From: Amphiscolops sp. MND2022 | Taxonomy: Eukaryota | Direction: 5' to 3' | Length of the DNA stretch: 64,000 nucleotides | Assembly: GCA_964187785.1 (NCBI GenBank) | Contig: OZ076409.1 | Coordinates: forward strand, 81,160,001-81,224,000 | In this document: piece after piece, positions 38,053 to 52,560 of the stretch | Layout: the number at the start of each line of letters is the position of its first letter | Position numbering within the stretch: the stretch's first letter is position 1 | The notes under the pieces: generated by a model | Told to the model about the DNA's origin: nothing | What the model saw: the letters and a program-made list of their open reading frames with translations, nothing else | Database searches by the model: none | Program-made: the position numbers and the translations under genes

Positions 38053-41000
38053 TGTAGAGGACAGACGAACTCCAACAAGAAACTAATTAGTCTGCCTTAT
38101 TGTTATGCTAATTTCGGATATTAATGCTATTTATAGCTTTGTACCTGCCTGCCACATAGGAGCAGATGAAGTTCATCACTCGATGATAATGAAAAAAGAT
38201 AGAGCTTGAGAATAGTTGAATGTTATACAAACCTACTCTTTTACAAGCATTCTAACAAGATACAACATGGCGCAACAAGATACAACAAGTCAGAGTAACC
38301 TTAGAGTTACAAAAGAACAAGCACATCTTGTGCGAACTTTACAGAAAAACTGCGAACTTGAAACAATAACCACGGCAGAACTCCTAGCATCAAAATTCTT
38401 ATTCGTCATCGGGAATTCGACAGGCGACTACGACCTCAAAAAGAAAATCAGAAAAAGCGACATGTCAATAGATGCAATCACCGAAGCATTACATGAATAC
38501 ATGTATGAAAAATTGAATGACTCACCGGAAACAGAAGAAGAGAAGAAAATCAGATACCTCAATAAGAGAAAAACACAGAGTACAAAAGACCTGTCGGAAA
38601 AACCGACAAAATTAAAAAAAACTGTAATCGATGCGGAGCACCAAATTGGTCCAGACAACACGAACGTCCGGCCAGGGGAAAAAAATGCGCAAAATGCGAA
38701 AAGATTGGACACTATGCAAAATATTGCAGAACAAACAAAAAAGTAAACCATATACAGGACGATGAGGCAAGCAGCGCGGAAGAAGATGACTGGTCTTCAA
38801 ATACAATCCTTTCAGTAAACCAAAAGGTCCATTCAACACGCCAAATAAAGAAGAACGGTCCAGAATTCTTCACCCTCACCGCATTGGTTATCAACCGGCC
38901 AATCAAACTCATAATAGATAGTGGCTCACCGGTAACTCTAATACCAAAATCACAGTTCAACAGAATAACACCACTGATGCCTATCAAAACCGAATACAGA
39001 GACGTGAACGACAACAGGATAAAATTCGAGGGGAAAACAATTGCATCAGTAGAAGTAAACGGAAAACGGAACAATCTCGAAGTACTAATAACCACGAAGA
39101 AAACCAACCCTTTAATAGGTCTGGACTGGATGGAGAAACTGGGAATAACACTAGATACCAAAAAAATTGGTCCACAGATAAATCATGTAACCGAAGACCC
39201 GGATGTAACTGTCCTGAAGAAAAGATTTAAAAACTTTTTGACGAAAATCACACCGTACATGGAAGCGAGATAAAAATACAATTAAAAGAAAACGCAAACC
39301 TGATACAGCAAACAGGAAGGCCAATACCAATCCACTTACAACAATCGGTTGGGAACGAAATAAATAAACTCATGAAACAAGGCCATATTGAAAAAGCGAA
39401 CGACATTGATGAAAACTGCTTTGTTAGCCCGGCCGTAATTACGGTAAAGAAGGATAAGTCGGTGAAAATCGCATTGGATTCACGAACACTCAACGAAATT
39501 ACTATCAAAAGAAAAGCGCAAATGCCCAATATGGAGGAAATAATCACCAGAATCTCAATGAAAATTGCGGATGATCCAGCAGACGAAATTTGGACGTCAA
39601 CACTCGACCTGGACTACGCATACGGCCAGCTGATCTTATCCAAAGAGGCCCGAGACCTATGTATTTTTGCCGTAGCCGGCGGTGCCTTCACCGGTTACTA
39701 CCGGTTCCTGAAGGGATTCTACGGGTTAGCGGATATACCGACCATGTTTCAGGAAAAAATCGACCAAACATTGGAAAACAAACACCCAGCATGGCTAGAC
39801 GACATCATCATCGTAACCAAAGGGTCAAAAGAACAACATAAAAAGGAGCTAATAGAAGTATTAACCCGACTGGAAAATGGCGGTTACAGACTCAGCGAAA
39901 ATAAATCCGAACTCTTCAAATCAGAGATAGAATGGATCGGTCATAAAATAGACCAAAACGGAATCAGACCGTTACAGGACAAATTGATTGCGATAAAAAT
40001 TCTGAAACAACCTAACAACGAAAAAGAACTAAAATCGTTCTTGGGGGTATCCAATACTTATCCAAATACATAGACAATCTTTCCGCCCAAACAGATAGTG
40101 TAAGACAGCTATTAAAGAAAGACAGTGACTGGATATAGACGGAGGAACATACTCTGGCATTTGAAAAACTCAAACAAAAAACTACGGAAATACCGTGTTT
40201 GGCCCATTACAACTCGACTACCCGAACGTAATAACAACCGACGCCAGCACAAAAGGCCTCGGCGCAACACTCTGGCAAGAACAACCAGACGGGAAACTAA
40301 AACCAATCGGTTTCGCAAGTCGATTTTTTTCAGATACCGAAAAGAAATATGCAATCAATGACCTCGAACTGCTGGCCGTAGTTTGGGGGCTAGAACACTT
40401 ACGAATACACATATACGGTAAACCGATTAAATTACTCACGGATCACTAAGCACTCGAGCCACTGATTAAACGAAACCGGTCCAATGAGATGTATAGCGCG
40501 CGGTTAACAAGGTGGTTGGACCGGTTGGCACACTTTACTATTAATGTAAACCATATCACAGGCAAACATTCAGCAGTCACGGATTACTTGATTAAAAATC
40601 AGTCAGCGCCACCGCAAACAGATGAAGCTTACGACGAATAATACGTCATCAACAACGTCATACCGCACTACAAATTCATCTCCAAACACGGTTGCCTTAG
40701 CAACCACGTCAACCAATCAGAAAACGAAACGGTCGAAAACGAACGCAAAGTAAATAACAAACCGCGGTCACAAGACGCGCGGAAACAAATCGCCATTGAT
40801 TGCCTCAACAACTAAACGTTAACAAGCAACGCTACAGCAGAAACTATTACCAAAACGGACATCAAAACCATTGATAACCTGGCAGCAGTAGACTCCTCAG
40901 CAGAAACCACCGAATTAATCCAGCGGTGGAAAGATATTGTAAAACCCGGAATTTACCGTATGACCGGAGGAATGTGGAAAAAGTACCACGAGCCCAAGTT

Positions 41001-43652
41001 CCTACAGAACGAAAGACGCGTAATTGAGGAGAGACTCTAACAAAATATGCGAGGCAGAGAGTAAGGCGACTTGAGACAACGAATCGGTCCACAGCACAGC
41101 GGAGGATTTCAGCCACAAACAAGAAGATCTGAACAATGGACCGTAGATCCATTCTGTGAAGTGGACAGACCAACACCGGCCCAATATCAAGACGTACCCG
41201 GACCATCGTCAGCCACATCGGGCCAGGAACTATTCGCCCCCATGCGAATGGAGGAAGGCGAAATTGAGTCCGAGACGGACCAAGACCCGTCAATCCTCGA
41301 AGTTTCCGCAATAAACTGGGCACGCTACGTGGGAGTTAAAAGCTTGCAATATGTTAAAATGGGACACGCCCCGAAAGTTCTGGCACAAGAAGAAAACAAC
41401 TGGGACTCAGAGCAGGCTGTGAGAGAAACTGAAAAGAACTTCTCAATGGACCTACAATTATTAATGAGTGAGACAACTAACGACCCAGTCCTACTAAAAC
41501 ACTGGTCTGCCTTGAACACCAGCAACACGACCAAATACCAGAAGAACATCTACCTCACAAAAAGAAACTGTCAAGCCGGTTCGGTCTAGTTTTCATTGAA
41601 GACAAAATCATTGTCCCAAAGAATCTTCGAACAACAATTATCAGCTTATTACACAAAGGCCGCCCTGCCATCAATAAGATGACAACTGCCGCAAGACACT
41701 TCTGGTGGCCGAGGATGACCGAAGCAATCCAGAAAAAATGCGAGTCATGCATCCCCTGCCAAATGTCCGGTAAGAACATTAAACCTGACATACCAAGTAC
41801 GGAAACGAACCACCTCCCTCGGTTAGAAAATCCGAACGAAGAAATCCAATTGCATTTCATCGGGCCAATCACGGTAGACAACCGTCGATTTCACATTTTG
41901 CATTCCATGGACCGGTTCAGTAAGTGGCCAGCGGCAAGCTTTTGCACGTCTACCGACGGCGAAACGGCAATAAGTTTTCTCGAACAGTACATCCAATTAA
42001 ATGGAGTCCCTATAACAATAAGGACCAATAAGGCTACCGCTTTTACGGGACGCCTGTTTAGAAACTTTTGTAGAGAACACTACATCAAATTTAATATACT
42101 GGGCACCGTATATCCACACCCCACCGGTTTAGTGGAACGGGGTGTCAGAGCACTGAAGGAAAACCTGCTAACAAACATTAAAGCTGGAGAACGCTTCAGT
42201 AAAGCCCTGGATTTATCGTTAGACGTAATGAGAAAGACACCACACTCGCGTTAAAAAATACCGTCTTTGAGTTATATTACGGACGGGAACCTAACACGAA
42301 GATAAGTAACTTACTGAAACTCGATAACCTGGAAAAACTAACAAAAAATTCCGTTTCAGCAAAACCAGATACCTTGCAGGTATACTCGTTCAGTGGAGCT
42401 GGCGGTGTGTCCAACCAGCTGCCAATGAAGCCAAAGAAACACGCAAAAGGAGTTAGTAGCTACCCTTTTTTATTCCTAGAAAAAAAACACCTTTGTAATA
42501 AGTTCGAAAGTGCATATTCCGATAAACCACTATTAGCAGTATCGGGCACAAAACATACCGTAAGCACACCAAACGGAAGAATCCTACATAGAAAAATGAT
42601 TTAAAAAACCCTTTTCTGATTTTACCCAGGAACAGAACAACAGGGGAATCGGACCACGTGGACCAGACGGCCGATTTATCAGATCACCATCCAAACAGAA
42701 ACGAACGATGGTGATCGAATCGTACAGCGAATCAGAGACGCCATTAATGGACACAGAGAGTCAAAAAACCCCAGGGCCGCAAGCCAATACAACACTCAAA
42801 ACGGGCACACTCGGGAGAAGCAGACGAAAACTGGTTCGAGAACGTACAAGCCCAAACTCTTCACAAGCAGCACCCGCACCGGGCCCACTAACCATAGTCA
42901 CAGCGAATATGACGGACACAGAAGTAGACCGTGCCATAAACGACGCAAACATGCGGATCAACAACTTTTAATCAGAAATGAAAACGGTAAGGTATTTACT
43001 GATAATAACACCAATCCGAACACTTTAGAAGATAACTTTGAAAACTCTGATCTAGACCTAGCAAGCAATTTGAGCTCAAGTACTGAAATCGACACGGAAG
43101 CAAAAGAACCCATACGCAGATCAAAGAGACTGACGAAAACTAACCCAATCATTAGATATAATAATTCCATTTGTCATGATTACAGGAAACACCGCAAGAA
43201 GACTGAATTCGGCAACACCGAATCAACCAACAGCACAACCGGAGGGGAAAGAAGACAATCTCTAGACCGGTCAGACACATGCATTCAGACGTTACGGCCA
43301 ATTGTGAACCGGAACAGACAAAACTGCCAGGAACGGTCAACCGTCCACCAGAAACTGGATCAGTGGAGGAACGTCCGCCACAACAAAAACAGCAACACCC
43401 CCATTGGCCAATCATCAGCCAATAGTAGAGGAGGGAATGTAGAGGACAGACGAACTCTAACAAGAAACTAATTAGTCTGCCTTATTGTTATGTTAATTTT
43501 GGATATTAATGCTATTTATAGCTTTGTACCTGCCTGCCACATAAGAGCAGATGAAGTTCATCACTCGATGATAATGAAAAAAGATAGAGCTTGAGAATAG
43601 TTGAATTTTATACAAACCTACTCTTTTACAAGCATTCTAACAAGATACAACA
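38053..43652 (+). mobile_element. Ty3/Gypsy LTR retrotransposon, decayed
   Basis: 215-bp LTRs at 38053-38267 and 43438-43652 (~5 mismatches); TSD TACGT/TACGG; PBS TGGCGCAAC; PPT AGAGGAGGGAA. Confidence 0.93.
38267..43000 (+). pseudogene. gag-pol fragments (PR, RT, RNase H, IN) with many stops and frameshifts
   Basis: IIDSGS; TLDLDYAY; AWLDDI; TDASTKGLGA; WWP..CESC; IN catalytic Asp positions read H and N. Confidence 0.88.
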
Positions 43653-43869
43653 TACGGAAAACGCGGTTTTCAAGTATTACGGGTATCCCTTCGGGTATTT
43701 AGGTACTGTAAATTTGATACAAGTTTTCTCAATAGTGTCCTTTGTTAAAAGCTCCATTTTCGCCACCCTGAGATTTGTTTCCGATGGAAAAACTTTCAAA
43801 AAAAAGGTTTTGTTATTTGCAGTGGGGGAAAATGTTGTTTTCGAGCCTTTTGTGTATCCCTCCAGGTAT

Positions 43870-44132
43870 ATTTTGGGACCCTTTGGCGACAAAGGTAAAA
43901 TTTCGAAAAAAAACAGGGCTGAAAAAATTCAAAGGGGACCCTATAGTCTCGTCCGGTTTTGTATCTTCCGTTAAACATGGAGTAAAGGAAAGCGGGGACC
44001 CTTTGCACTAGCTTAGATGCGTTTCCACTTGCCGGTCCTGTAGTTTAGTAGTTCTGTAAAATTGTTAACTACGCATACATTCTGCTATCTGGCGAAAAAA
44101 AACTTCCTTAAAGGAAAAGACGCCTACTAAAA
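43870..44132 (-). mobile_element. HINE-like fragment H (5' half)
   Basis: GGGGACCCTATAGTCTCGTCCGGTTTTG core and degenerate subTIR ACGCCTACTAA. Confidence 0.55.
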
Positions 44133-46284
44133 AGGCGTATGTTATGTTGCTGAGCTCTGTGGATTCTCATACCCACGGAAACATTCAAGAAGTGCAGATA
44201 TTTGTCAAAAATTGTGTAACAACTTCTATCATTTGGTTTTAAAATTGGAACATGGCACTGTTTAGAAAGAAACGTAGTTTAGTTAGTTATTTTTCTTTCC
44301 CATGTGAAAATAAGGAAGAGTTGCGAAAAACGGTGACTCGTCCAAAGATTTTTTACATACATGTAATTTGGCCTGAAAAAAACAATAAAGTAACAAGATG
44401 GTGCAAATTTTAGTACCTTTCCATTTTGGAAAGCACTGTGATGCTTTTTATTTCCGCTTCTGGCTATCATTTTAGAGATGAAAAAAAAAGAAAAAAGAAT
44501 ACGCTTCTGAAAGATGACTGATTTCTTGGCCTCACACTGCAGAAAATGCAGCTTTATAGTCTTTTCAAATTCTCTTTTCAAAGAAAGGAGATTGAAAAGG
44601 ACCTTCTAAGTACATGTAGCAGACACCCGGTGTCGCTGCGGACGATAAACAACACGTTTCTGTAAAATTGCACGACAAAAAATGAACGGAACAAAAACAC
44701 ACCAATTGATAATGGTGCAGTCTTTAAGGTATTCAAGGTGAGTTTTCTGAAATCAGAATTGCATGGCCACTAAAATATGAAAGGGTTCTTTTGTTCTTCT
44801 TTGCGTATAATTTGTTCACTTTTTGTGCAATATTGCAGGTGCTCAGCTTAAAGATAGAAAATTCTGGAAATGTGTGATGAATTTTTGGGTGCACCATCGT
44901 TTGAATTTTTGCCTTTGTCCTAAATGTCAACTGATTCATCTCAAAGGGTTTTAATCTATGCAGTTCAAGTAAGAGCAATCGAAGTTCGACACTTTAATTC
45001 TTTTGTTGTGTGAATTAAAAAGGACTCAACCAAACAGCAACCAAACTCTTGAACTACATCGAAAAAATTAAATTTGCATACCTAAAAACGGTAATGCTTG
45101 CTTAAAATTGGAGTTTAAACAATTTTCCATAATTTATTCCTTACCTGACTTCATTTTGTGACCGCAGTATACTTGTTAACAAAATACTTATAATTGTTTA
45201 TACTTTTACTACTAAACCTTTTGTTGTCTGGTCTTTAGCGACACACAGAAATCAACATCTCACTCGCCAGCGGAGTTCAACCTGCCGTTCAGATCGAATA
45301 CCCTTTCGAGACGCAGCAACTCGCCCACAGAGATAGCGGTTATCTCGGCGGCACACACTCTCATAAACTTCCACAACCCCAACTCCGAGGCCAACAGTGC
45401 TACCAACTTACGCCGCCTCAGCAGCAGGCATGTCGAAATATCAACACGAATTAATATCAACTTAAATTAATTAACTCTTTTCAGTACATGGTTTTGACAT
45501 CGCTAACTTTTTCGCTAATCGCTAAACCGCTAGTTTCAAAATCGCTATTCCGCTGAAAAACTTTTTCTTCAAACCCATTAAACGTTTGATTTCAAGTATA
45601 TTTTAAATTTAAATGATAACTTTTGCCAGAAAAACTTTTTATACAATGTGGGTAAGAGTTGAAATTATTCGAAGTTCATTTTGAAACTCCGTGATCTAAA
45701 AGTTCTCATTTATGATACACAGTTTTCAAGGTGCTGCGCATCCTTCCATATTTTGAATTAATTTGAATTTGAATTCCATATTTTGAATAATTATTCATTG
45801 AATGAAAGTATGACTTTTGAGCCAGATTGAATTTGGAAATGCAATACAACAGATCACAGCGGAATTTTTTATCTGGGAGAAGACTTTTTGAAAATTGGCC
45901 CAAAGTTTTGGCATAATTGACCGAATGAGGTTGGCATGAGGCCTTTCTGAAATTAATCTCTTTCGAAAACGTCTTCTTGAGAACTAAACAACTCTAAAAT
46001 CACCATTGAAATGGATTTCAGAAACAAAATTAATTTATAGATTTCCAGTCGTTTTTTGTTTTCGGAAATATTATGCTGCATACTTATTTTGTTTGAAATA
46101 AATAAAAACAATTGCACTATCGACATCCACTCTGAAGAGAGCATTAAGTATCATCGCGGAATATATTTGTACAGATCACTTTTCCTCATCTCTGCGTTTT
46201 AGCTGTTCCGGGCACAGAAAGACTAACTCCTCGAGTCCTACACCTGACTTTTCCCGCAAAAATTCGGGAAGCGAAAGGAAAAAG

Positions 46285-46506
46285 ATGTCTGGAAGCAGAC
46301 AGAACTTGCCGCCCATTGCGGTCATGGACTTTGACGGCAGCGGGGGGCAGAAGGGGCAATCGGGGGAGGAGCAAAAAGGGAGTGGAGGTAAGGGGAGTGT
46401 GTCGAAAGAGGGGACGGGCTCTTCTCAGGGTCAAGATGGTGGCAAGGTATCGACAGCTGCCAAAATCAAACGGGGATCCTTCCGGATGAGTAAACGATGG
46501 AATCAA
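46285..46506 (+). CDS. RhoGEF gene, putative first coding exon (MSGSRQNLPP...KRWNQ)
   Basis: GC-rich island, ATG, phase-0 donor CAA|GTTTGT matching the next exon. Confidence 0.55.
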
Positions 46507-47371
46507 GTTTGTAAAGTCAAAGTATTCATCAAATTTTGTTTCATAAAGTCCGTTTTTTAAATCAAATTTACTATTTTTTTGTATTGATAGTTGACAAATT
46601 CTCGTCGCAAGTTCACTTGAATAGACAAACAAAAACGGATGAAATTAGGTCTGGAATTTTTTATAACATTTTTAGCTCTTGAAGTAGGTTTTAAACGTTC
46701 AAGTACTTTTGGATGCATCTTGTCTGCATTTTGTAAAATCTGCAGGTAGTTGATGCCATAATAGATTCCGGTTATCTGAGAGTTTTGAATTAATTTCATT
46801 CAGATGATTACAGTCAATTTTTTTCAACAATCCGTTTCATTTCAACAATCTTCATTACGTCATCACATCAAAAATCCAAATATGAAAATGAACCAATTTA
46901 GTTTGAATTGATGCCTATTGGGGATATTGAATTTTATGCTGAATGCAGCTCCTCATAGATTCAAGCGTACCCATCGTAAATGAGGTGTTTAAAATAACCT
47001 CCATTTTTCTAGCGCTTCGAGCATTTTTTTTTGTAATTTAACTTTCGTGCAGCACATAGGCAATCTTAACTGCACTGTGTTTGATGTGAAGAATTTGATT
47101 CGGTTTCAAAAATCACTTTTATTGAACGCATTTGAAGGTCAGGTACTTTTTATTGCATCTTTTAAACCAAAAAAAAATTCAAAGCATGAGAACCTGACGT
47201 TTATGAAGTCTTTTACAACGGCTGCAGGAAAACAAACAGCAAAACAAACAAGCGTGAAAGAACTGTAAATATATTGCTTGCCACGGATTTTACCATTCAT
47301 AAGAGATTACCAATTCGAAAAAAAAACAATTTTGATTAGCAGTGGTTTATTTTGTTTATATTTTATTGTAG

Positions 47372-47737
47372 CATCGTCTACCTTCGGATGACGTCACTAG
47401 CAGTGTTATGTCACAAGTACCTGTCAGCAACAACGAAGGCGCGAAAAATTCCCGCAGTAGCAGCGGCAGCAAAAATTTCACACCCGTAACTGTTGCCACT
47501 TCGGTTCTTTTACCCAATTCTCAAGTTGGGGAACAATTGACCCCCTCCTCGGAAATTCATCATGTCCATATTTCAAGCAGCTTCGAAATCGCTTCGGATG
47601 TGACCCAGACAAGACCGAGAAAACAGATTGATAGAACAAACTCAATCAACGAATTTTTTTCCAAGTTCAACAAAAATGTGGTCAAGAAAGATTCTTTACA
47701 ACCCCCAGAGCAGTATTTCAATATGAACAAAACTCGC
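47372..47737 (+). CDS. RhoGEF gene exon 2 (HRLPSDD...MNKTR)
   Basis: TTTTATTGTAG acceptor, CGC|GTAAGT donor, 122 open codons, phase 0/0. Confidence 0.7.
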
Positions 47738-48355
47738 GTAAGTTTCCATTTTTCATTTCCTTACTAAAATTGTCTCAACACTTCAATGAGTAATATGAAA
47801 CTAACGAATTTCGATAACTTAACTTTGAGCCTTAACTTTTGACATGGATCTGAAAACTTTTGATAGTTTTGGACTTGCAGCTTGTTTTAGATTAATTGGT
47901 CTCCACGGATTTCAAATATAATTATCATAAGTAAACGGTACACTGAATTCGAATTTCAAGAACTAATTAGTTTTTTTACGAAGCTATTTTTTCTTGAAAT
48001 ATCGAAAATTCATAATTTATTTACATGTTACTGATGCACTAAATCATACTGTTTACTTCCCCATCTTAAGTGCATTTGAAAATCGCAGCATTCAAAATTC
48101 CATCTTCACAGTAAAATCTATAAGACTTTGTTCTGAGCCTCCGCTTCAAAAGGAAAATCTTAGTTCTATCTTTTGAGGTTTTTCCACCAAATCTGAATCT
48201 GCTCTACTCCAATTTTTTTTCAACTAATCAAAAAATACTAAATATGAGTTCACACTGAACCAAAGACTAGAAAGAATGAACATATAACACTTTGCGCGAG
48301 AGCGAAATTGATGTAATTTTGAACGATTCAAAATACATTCATCCTAAATAGCTAC

Positions 48356-49378
48356 TGTGACATGAATACAGTTGAAGGTCAACAGTAACGTAATGTTACA
48401 TAATTCTTACTCACTTTATGACCTTTTATGTTAATTACATAACATACCTGCTAGTAACTTTAATGTCATCTGTAGTACGATATAGTGGACACTATAACTT
48501 GATCTTACGTACAATACAGTATTACATTCCCAACTTCTTTATTCCATTGGTATACAACATGGCGCAGTCAGCATGAGTCAAAAGAACGAAAACAACTCCG
48601 CGGAATCCAATAGCAGAAACTCTTCAAGTGAAGAATCTGGAGACAAAAAAGGACGGACAACAACACACCAAAAAATAACATTACCAATATTTGAGAAGAA
48701 AACTATACAAGAAGCAAAATTATGGTGGCGACGATTTACTCAGTATGTCAAAATGACCCAGAAAATAGACTTGAATACAATGACAACAGACAAAGAGATA
48801 TTGGAAGAATATCGAGAAGAACTGGAGATAAAAATAAAAGACATTTTCATCTGGGCATTGGGAGAAGAAGCCGTTACAGAAATGACAAAAACGGTAAGAG
48901 ACAACGACCCAAACAAAATGAACATCAACCAACTCTACATACTATTTCGCCTCCACTTCATACCAGAAAGAAACAAATTTCACAGCCGGGCAGACTTTTT
49001 CGGAATAACCAGAGAACCGAATGAGACGGCTGAAGACGTTTGGACACGAATATTGCAGACCGAGAAAAACTGCGAATTTGACAACGTTACCCCAGCCGAA
49101 CTTATTGCATCGAAGTTCTTATCCCTAATCGGGAGATCAACGGGAGACTACGAACTCAAAAAGAAAATCCGGAAAAGTAACATGACCATCGAAACTGGTT
49201 TCCATCCCCTCTACTGATGTTTCTGCCGTTGGGGTACTTGCTCGCCTTTCATCGGTCTCGGTTTGTGTCTCTTCTTCTTCCTCTTCTTCGTCTTCTGAGT
49301 CTGACTGTATGGATGTTTGGACAAATCTTCCGTCTGTGTATTACATTCCCAACTTCTTTATTCCATTGGTATACAACA
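48356..49378 (+). mobile_element. Internally deleted Gypsy (5' LTR, PBS, gag N-terminus, inverted pol fragment, 41 bp of 3' LTR)
   Basis: Perfect TSD GCTAC at 48351-48355 and 49379-49383; LTR 48356-48559; PBS TGGCGCAGTCAGCA; 49338-49378 repeats the LTR end. Confidence 0.9.
48573..49195 (+). pseudogene. Truncated gag
   Basis: EKNCEF..TPAELIASKFL..GDYELKKKIRKS homologous to the gag at 38340-38470. Confidence 0.85.
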
Positions 49379-52374
49379 GCTACATTAGTTAAGTTTCACT
49401 ATTCCTGAAGAAAATTTAAAAAAAGCAAATAGTTCATTGATACGTCTCTCTGACAAAATATATTTGATACTACCTTTAAGTAGAACTTCCCAAGTCGAAC
49501 GCTCAAGTGGGCAAGAATCTCGCAAGTGACTGCATTGCAGACAAAACGACGGTTTTTTTTTCAGTTTTCTGCGGATCTAACATTTCCTGCAATAGCCTTC
49601 TGCAAGATGCTTGTAAGATCAGACATATCCTGGAAGATTAATTGACGTATGATCGCAAAAAAAGTCTGCAATCTTCAATAAAATCGGCAGTAAAAAATTA
49701 TTTTCTCAATTTTTCGTCTTTCAATGGCGACCTTCCATAACCAAAAACATTTTACTGTGAACATGTAGCAAAAGCGCGTTGTGGCCGATTCGTTTTTTGA
49801 TGCAAAGTTCACGTAATTGTTATACATGTTTATGAACATATATAAATGTTTATAAGGTTTAGTTTTGTTAGAATTAATTGATTGCAACGTATCAAATATT
49901 TTACAAACTTTCTCAACTTAGCGATTTGAAGAACATTGTTCAGTTCAGACAATAACAAAATGTCCGCTGAACTGCAAAAAAAATCCCCACCATTTTTTTT
50001 CAGCGACCACATATTTTTACGGCTGAAAACACTACGAAGTTGCAATAGAAGTTCAAAACAAAATTGAAACATTTGACACGTTCTACTTTTTTTTTAAAAA
50101 AAATAAAACCTTGCGTTTCTAAACAACAAGATGCTGTTTTGCTGCTGAACCCCACAAACACATCCAAAATTTGCTACAAACTGTGTGAAGTCTTCGAAAA
50201 TTGACAAGAAAGAAAAAGTTCTATTCTCCAAGTTCGCAGGTGAAACGGCTATCAAGTTGAGTTTTTTAGGATTTACATCCCCATAGCAAGCTGAAATATT
50301 AGATGTGCAGCCAAGTGGTCAAGCAATTGTCACCTTGAAGCCGCGTTTTCATAGAGATTTGCTCAACGTCACGAGTGACTGCATGTTGTAGCTCTTTTCA
50401 CTTTTTTGTCTGCCAAATGTTTTTTCTGTCATGACCATATTGCAAAGGGAAGACAATTTTGCTTGAGACCAACTATTGCAGTTTGAGAAATTCAAATCTA
50501 ACACCGCATCAACATGTATCTGAAGATCTAGTCACCTTTCGGCGATCTTCCGAAAATGATTTTTTAAAAATTGTTTCTCTTTTTTTTAGAAGAAAAAGCA
50601 ATAAAAATTCACCTAGAAACTATGCTAGACTGCTAATTGTTTTGCTCCTGAACTCTCTACGTTTTCATACATAGGAAATTTCAGAAAGGTGTACGGGCAA
50701 CAACAAAAAAATCAAAAAATGAACTTTTCTGCTTCTTTAGGAATTGTTTTCTGAAAAACTCTAATTTGCTCCTTACAAAAAAGAAGCTAGGAACAAAAGT
50801 GTTGTTGTTGATCTCTGCGGTGATTCATATCCACAAAAACCGTCACGAATCGAAAGTTTTGACTCTAAGTTCATTCTACGCATTTTTAGAGGAAACTTAT
50901 TTTCATTCTACGCATTTAATTTGTTCTCGGCGAAAAATTGCTGAGAAAGCAATTGTTTTGTCTTCCAACTCGTTGGATTTTGAAACGCACAAAAACATCC
51001 AACATTTGTACAAAAAATACATGGAACTTTTAAAAATTGAATATTATCACCCTTTTCGTTTCGTTGCAGGCATTGTTTCTGAAACAAAACTAAACGAATA
51101 CTTTGTCAAACCAAAAGCTTCCCAATTAGCCTAAACGTTTGTTGTAAAATTCTTAGGTTTGTTTCACACCGAGAAAAAAATCCAAAAGTTCTGAAAGCGG
51201 CATGAAATTGCCGAAGAGTGAAATATTTTGTGATTTCGTGCTTATTATGGCTTTTTGGGGCGTTTTTCAAGCAAACAAGACGGGAACGTCTAAAGTCGGC
51301 GCCATATCTCAGGCTCAAAAACCGCAGACTTGAAATATGCGTATGTTACGACTACCTAACGGAGTGTTATTTTGGGTAGTCGTTTTAATTGTTTATAGGA
51401 ATTGATGTAGGTGCAATGAATATGTTTTAAAGCTTCTCTGACGTCGAGTTTTCATATTTGAGTTGAGACAAGGAGATTGAAAGAATTTGAATTTCCAACT
51501 CGTTTCAACAACGGAGTAAAACAATGCAACAATGATCACTATTAACTTTTTAACTAACTAATTCAATTTACAAAACCAACATATTTATACTTTCCTAGCA
51601 TCATTTGTTCCTCACCTAAAAATTCCTAGGTATCATAAAAATTGGGTTTGTTCATGCAAAAACCCAGTTGATTCATATTATTTCAGTCCCGCGTCACAAA
51701 ATCAGGTATCGAAATTCCTAATTGCGTCGCCCTTCCGTAACATTTGTTGAAATTATTTTTGTTCAAACGATACATTTCCTGTTTGGACGTCAAAATGGCG
51801 GCAAAATGAGAGCCTACTTGATATTTTCAACAACGGAGACACGCCGGCGTGATTAATTAGTCAATTTCCAAGTTGGGAATCCAAATGTTCAAGATAAAAG
51901 TATCACTAGCAAAAATGGCAACGCAACTAAAACGGAGCAATTAATTTTGAGAGCGGAAACATTTGAATACTGATGAAAAGGAACAAATGATACCAGAATA
52001 ACAGTTTCAAGATATTGCCATTATTATTAGCACGAACATAAAACGACGTAAATATATCTAAGCTAAACATACAATCACATAAATACTAAAACAACGAAGA
52101 CCATTCGGTCAACAACAAAATCCACACTTGAGAAAACGCTGATCAGAACATCAATTAGTGACATTAACACGTTATTACTTCGATTGACAATTTCGACTTC
52201 ATAGTATAAATGCAGAACACTCAATGAAAATATTAGTATAAACTTCATTCAAAAGAAAACATCCAATAATTTGACGTTGCCCTTACGTTGCATTCTATTC
52301 ACAAAATCTTTCAAATTCATCAATTCCTGAGGAAATTTCCTACTAAATTGTTTTTAAGAACCCAATTTGATAAT

Positions 52375-52560
52375 TACAATCTTACAATTGCTCCGTAAGC
52401 GCTCCGTACGTATTAAAATTAGGTATAACTTTACAGCTTTACAATTTGCTCCGTAAGCGCTCCGTACGTATTAACATTAGTTATAGCAAACTGGCGGCTG
52501 ACAATCTTACAATTTGCTCCGTAAGCGCTCCGTACGTAATAAAATTAGCTATAGCTGACC
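52375..52560. repeat. Three ~60-bp tandem units (TTACAATTTGCTCCGTAAGCGCTCCGTACGTA...) inside the LTR, repeated at 55325-55510
   Basis: Directly visible in both LTRs. Confidence 0.85.

Noticed and set aside
44733..45460. Possible divergent minus-strand gene upstream of the RhoGEF (GC-rich 45260-45440 with GTGAG/GTAAG donors)
   Set aside because: Splicing the candidate exons gives early stops; may be a non-coding or UTR transcript but cannot be supported
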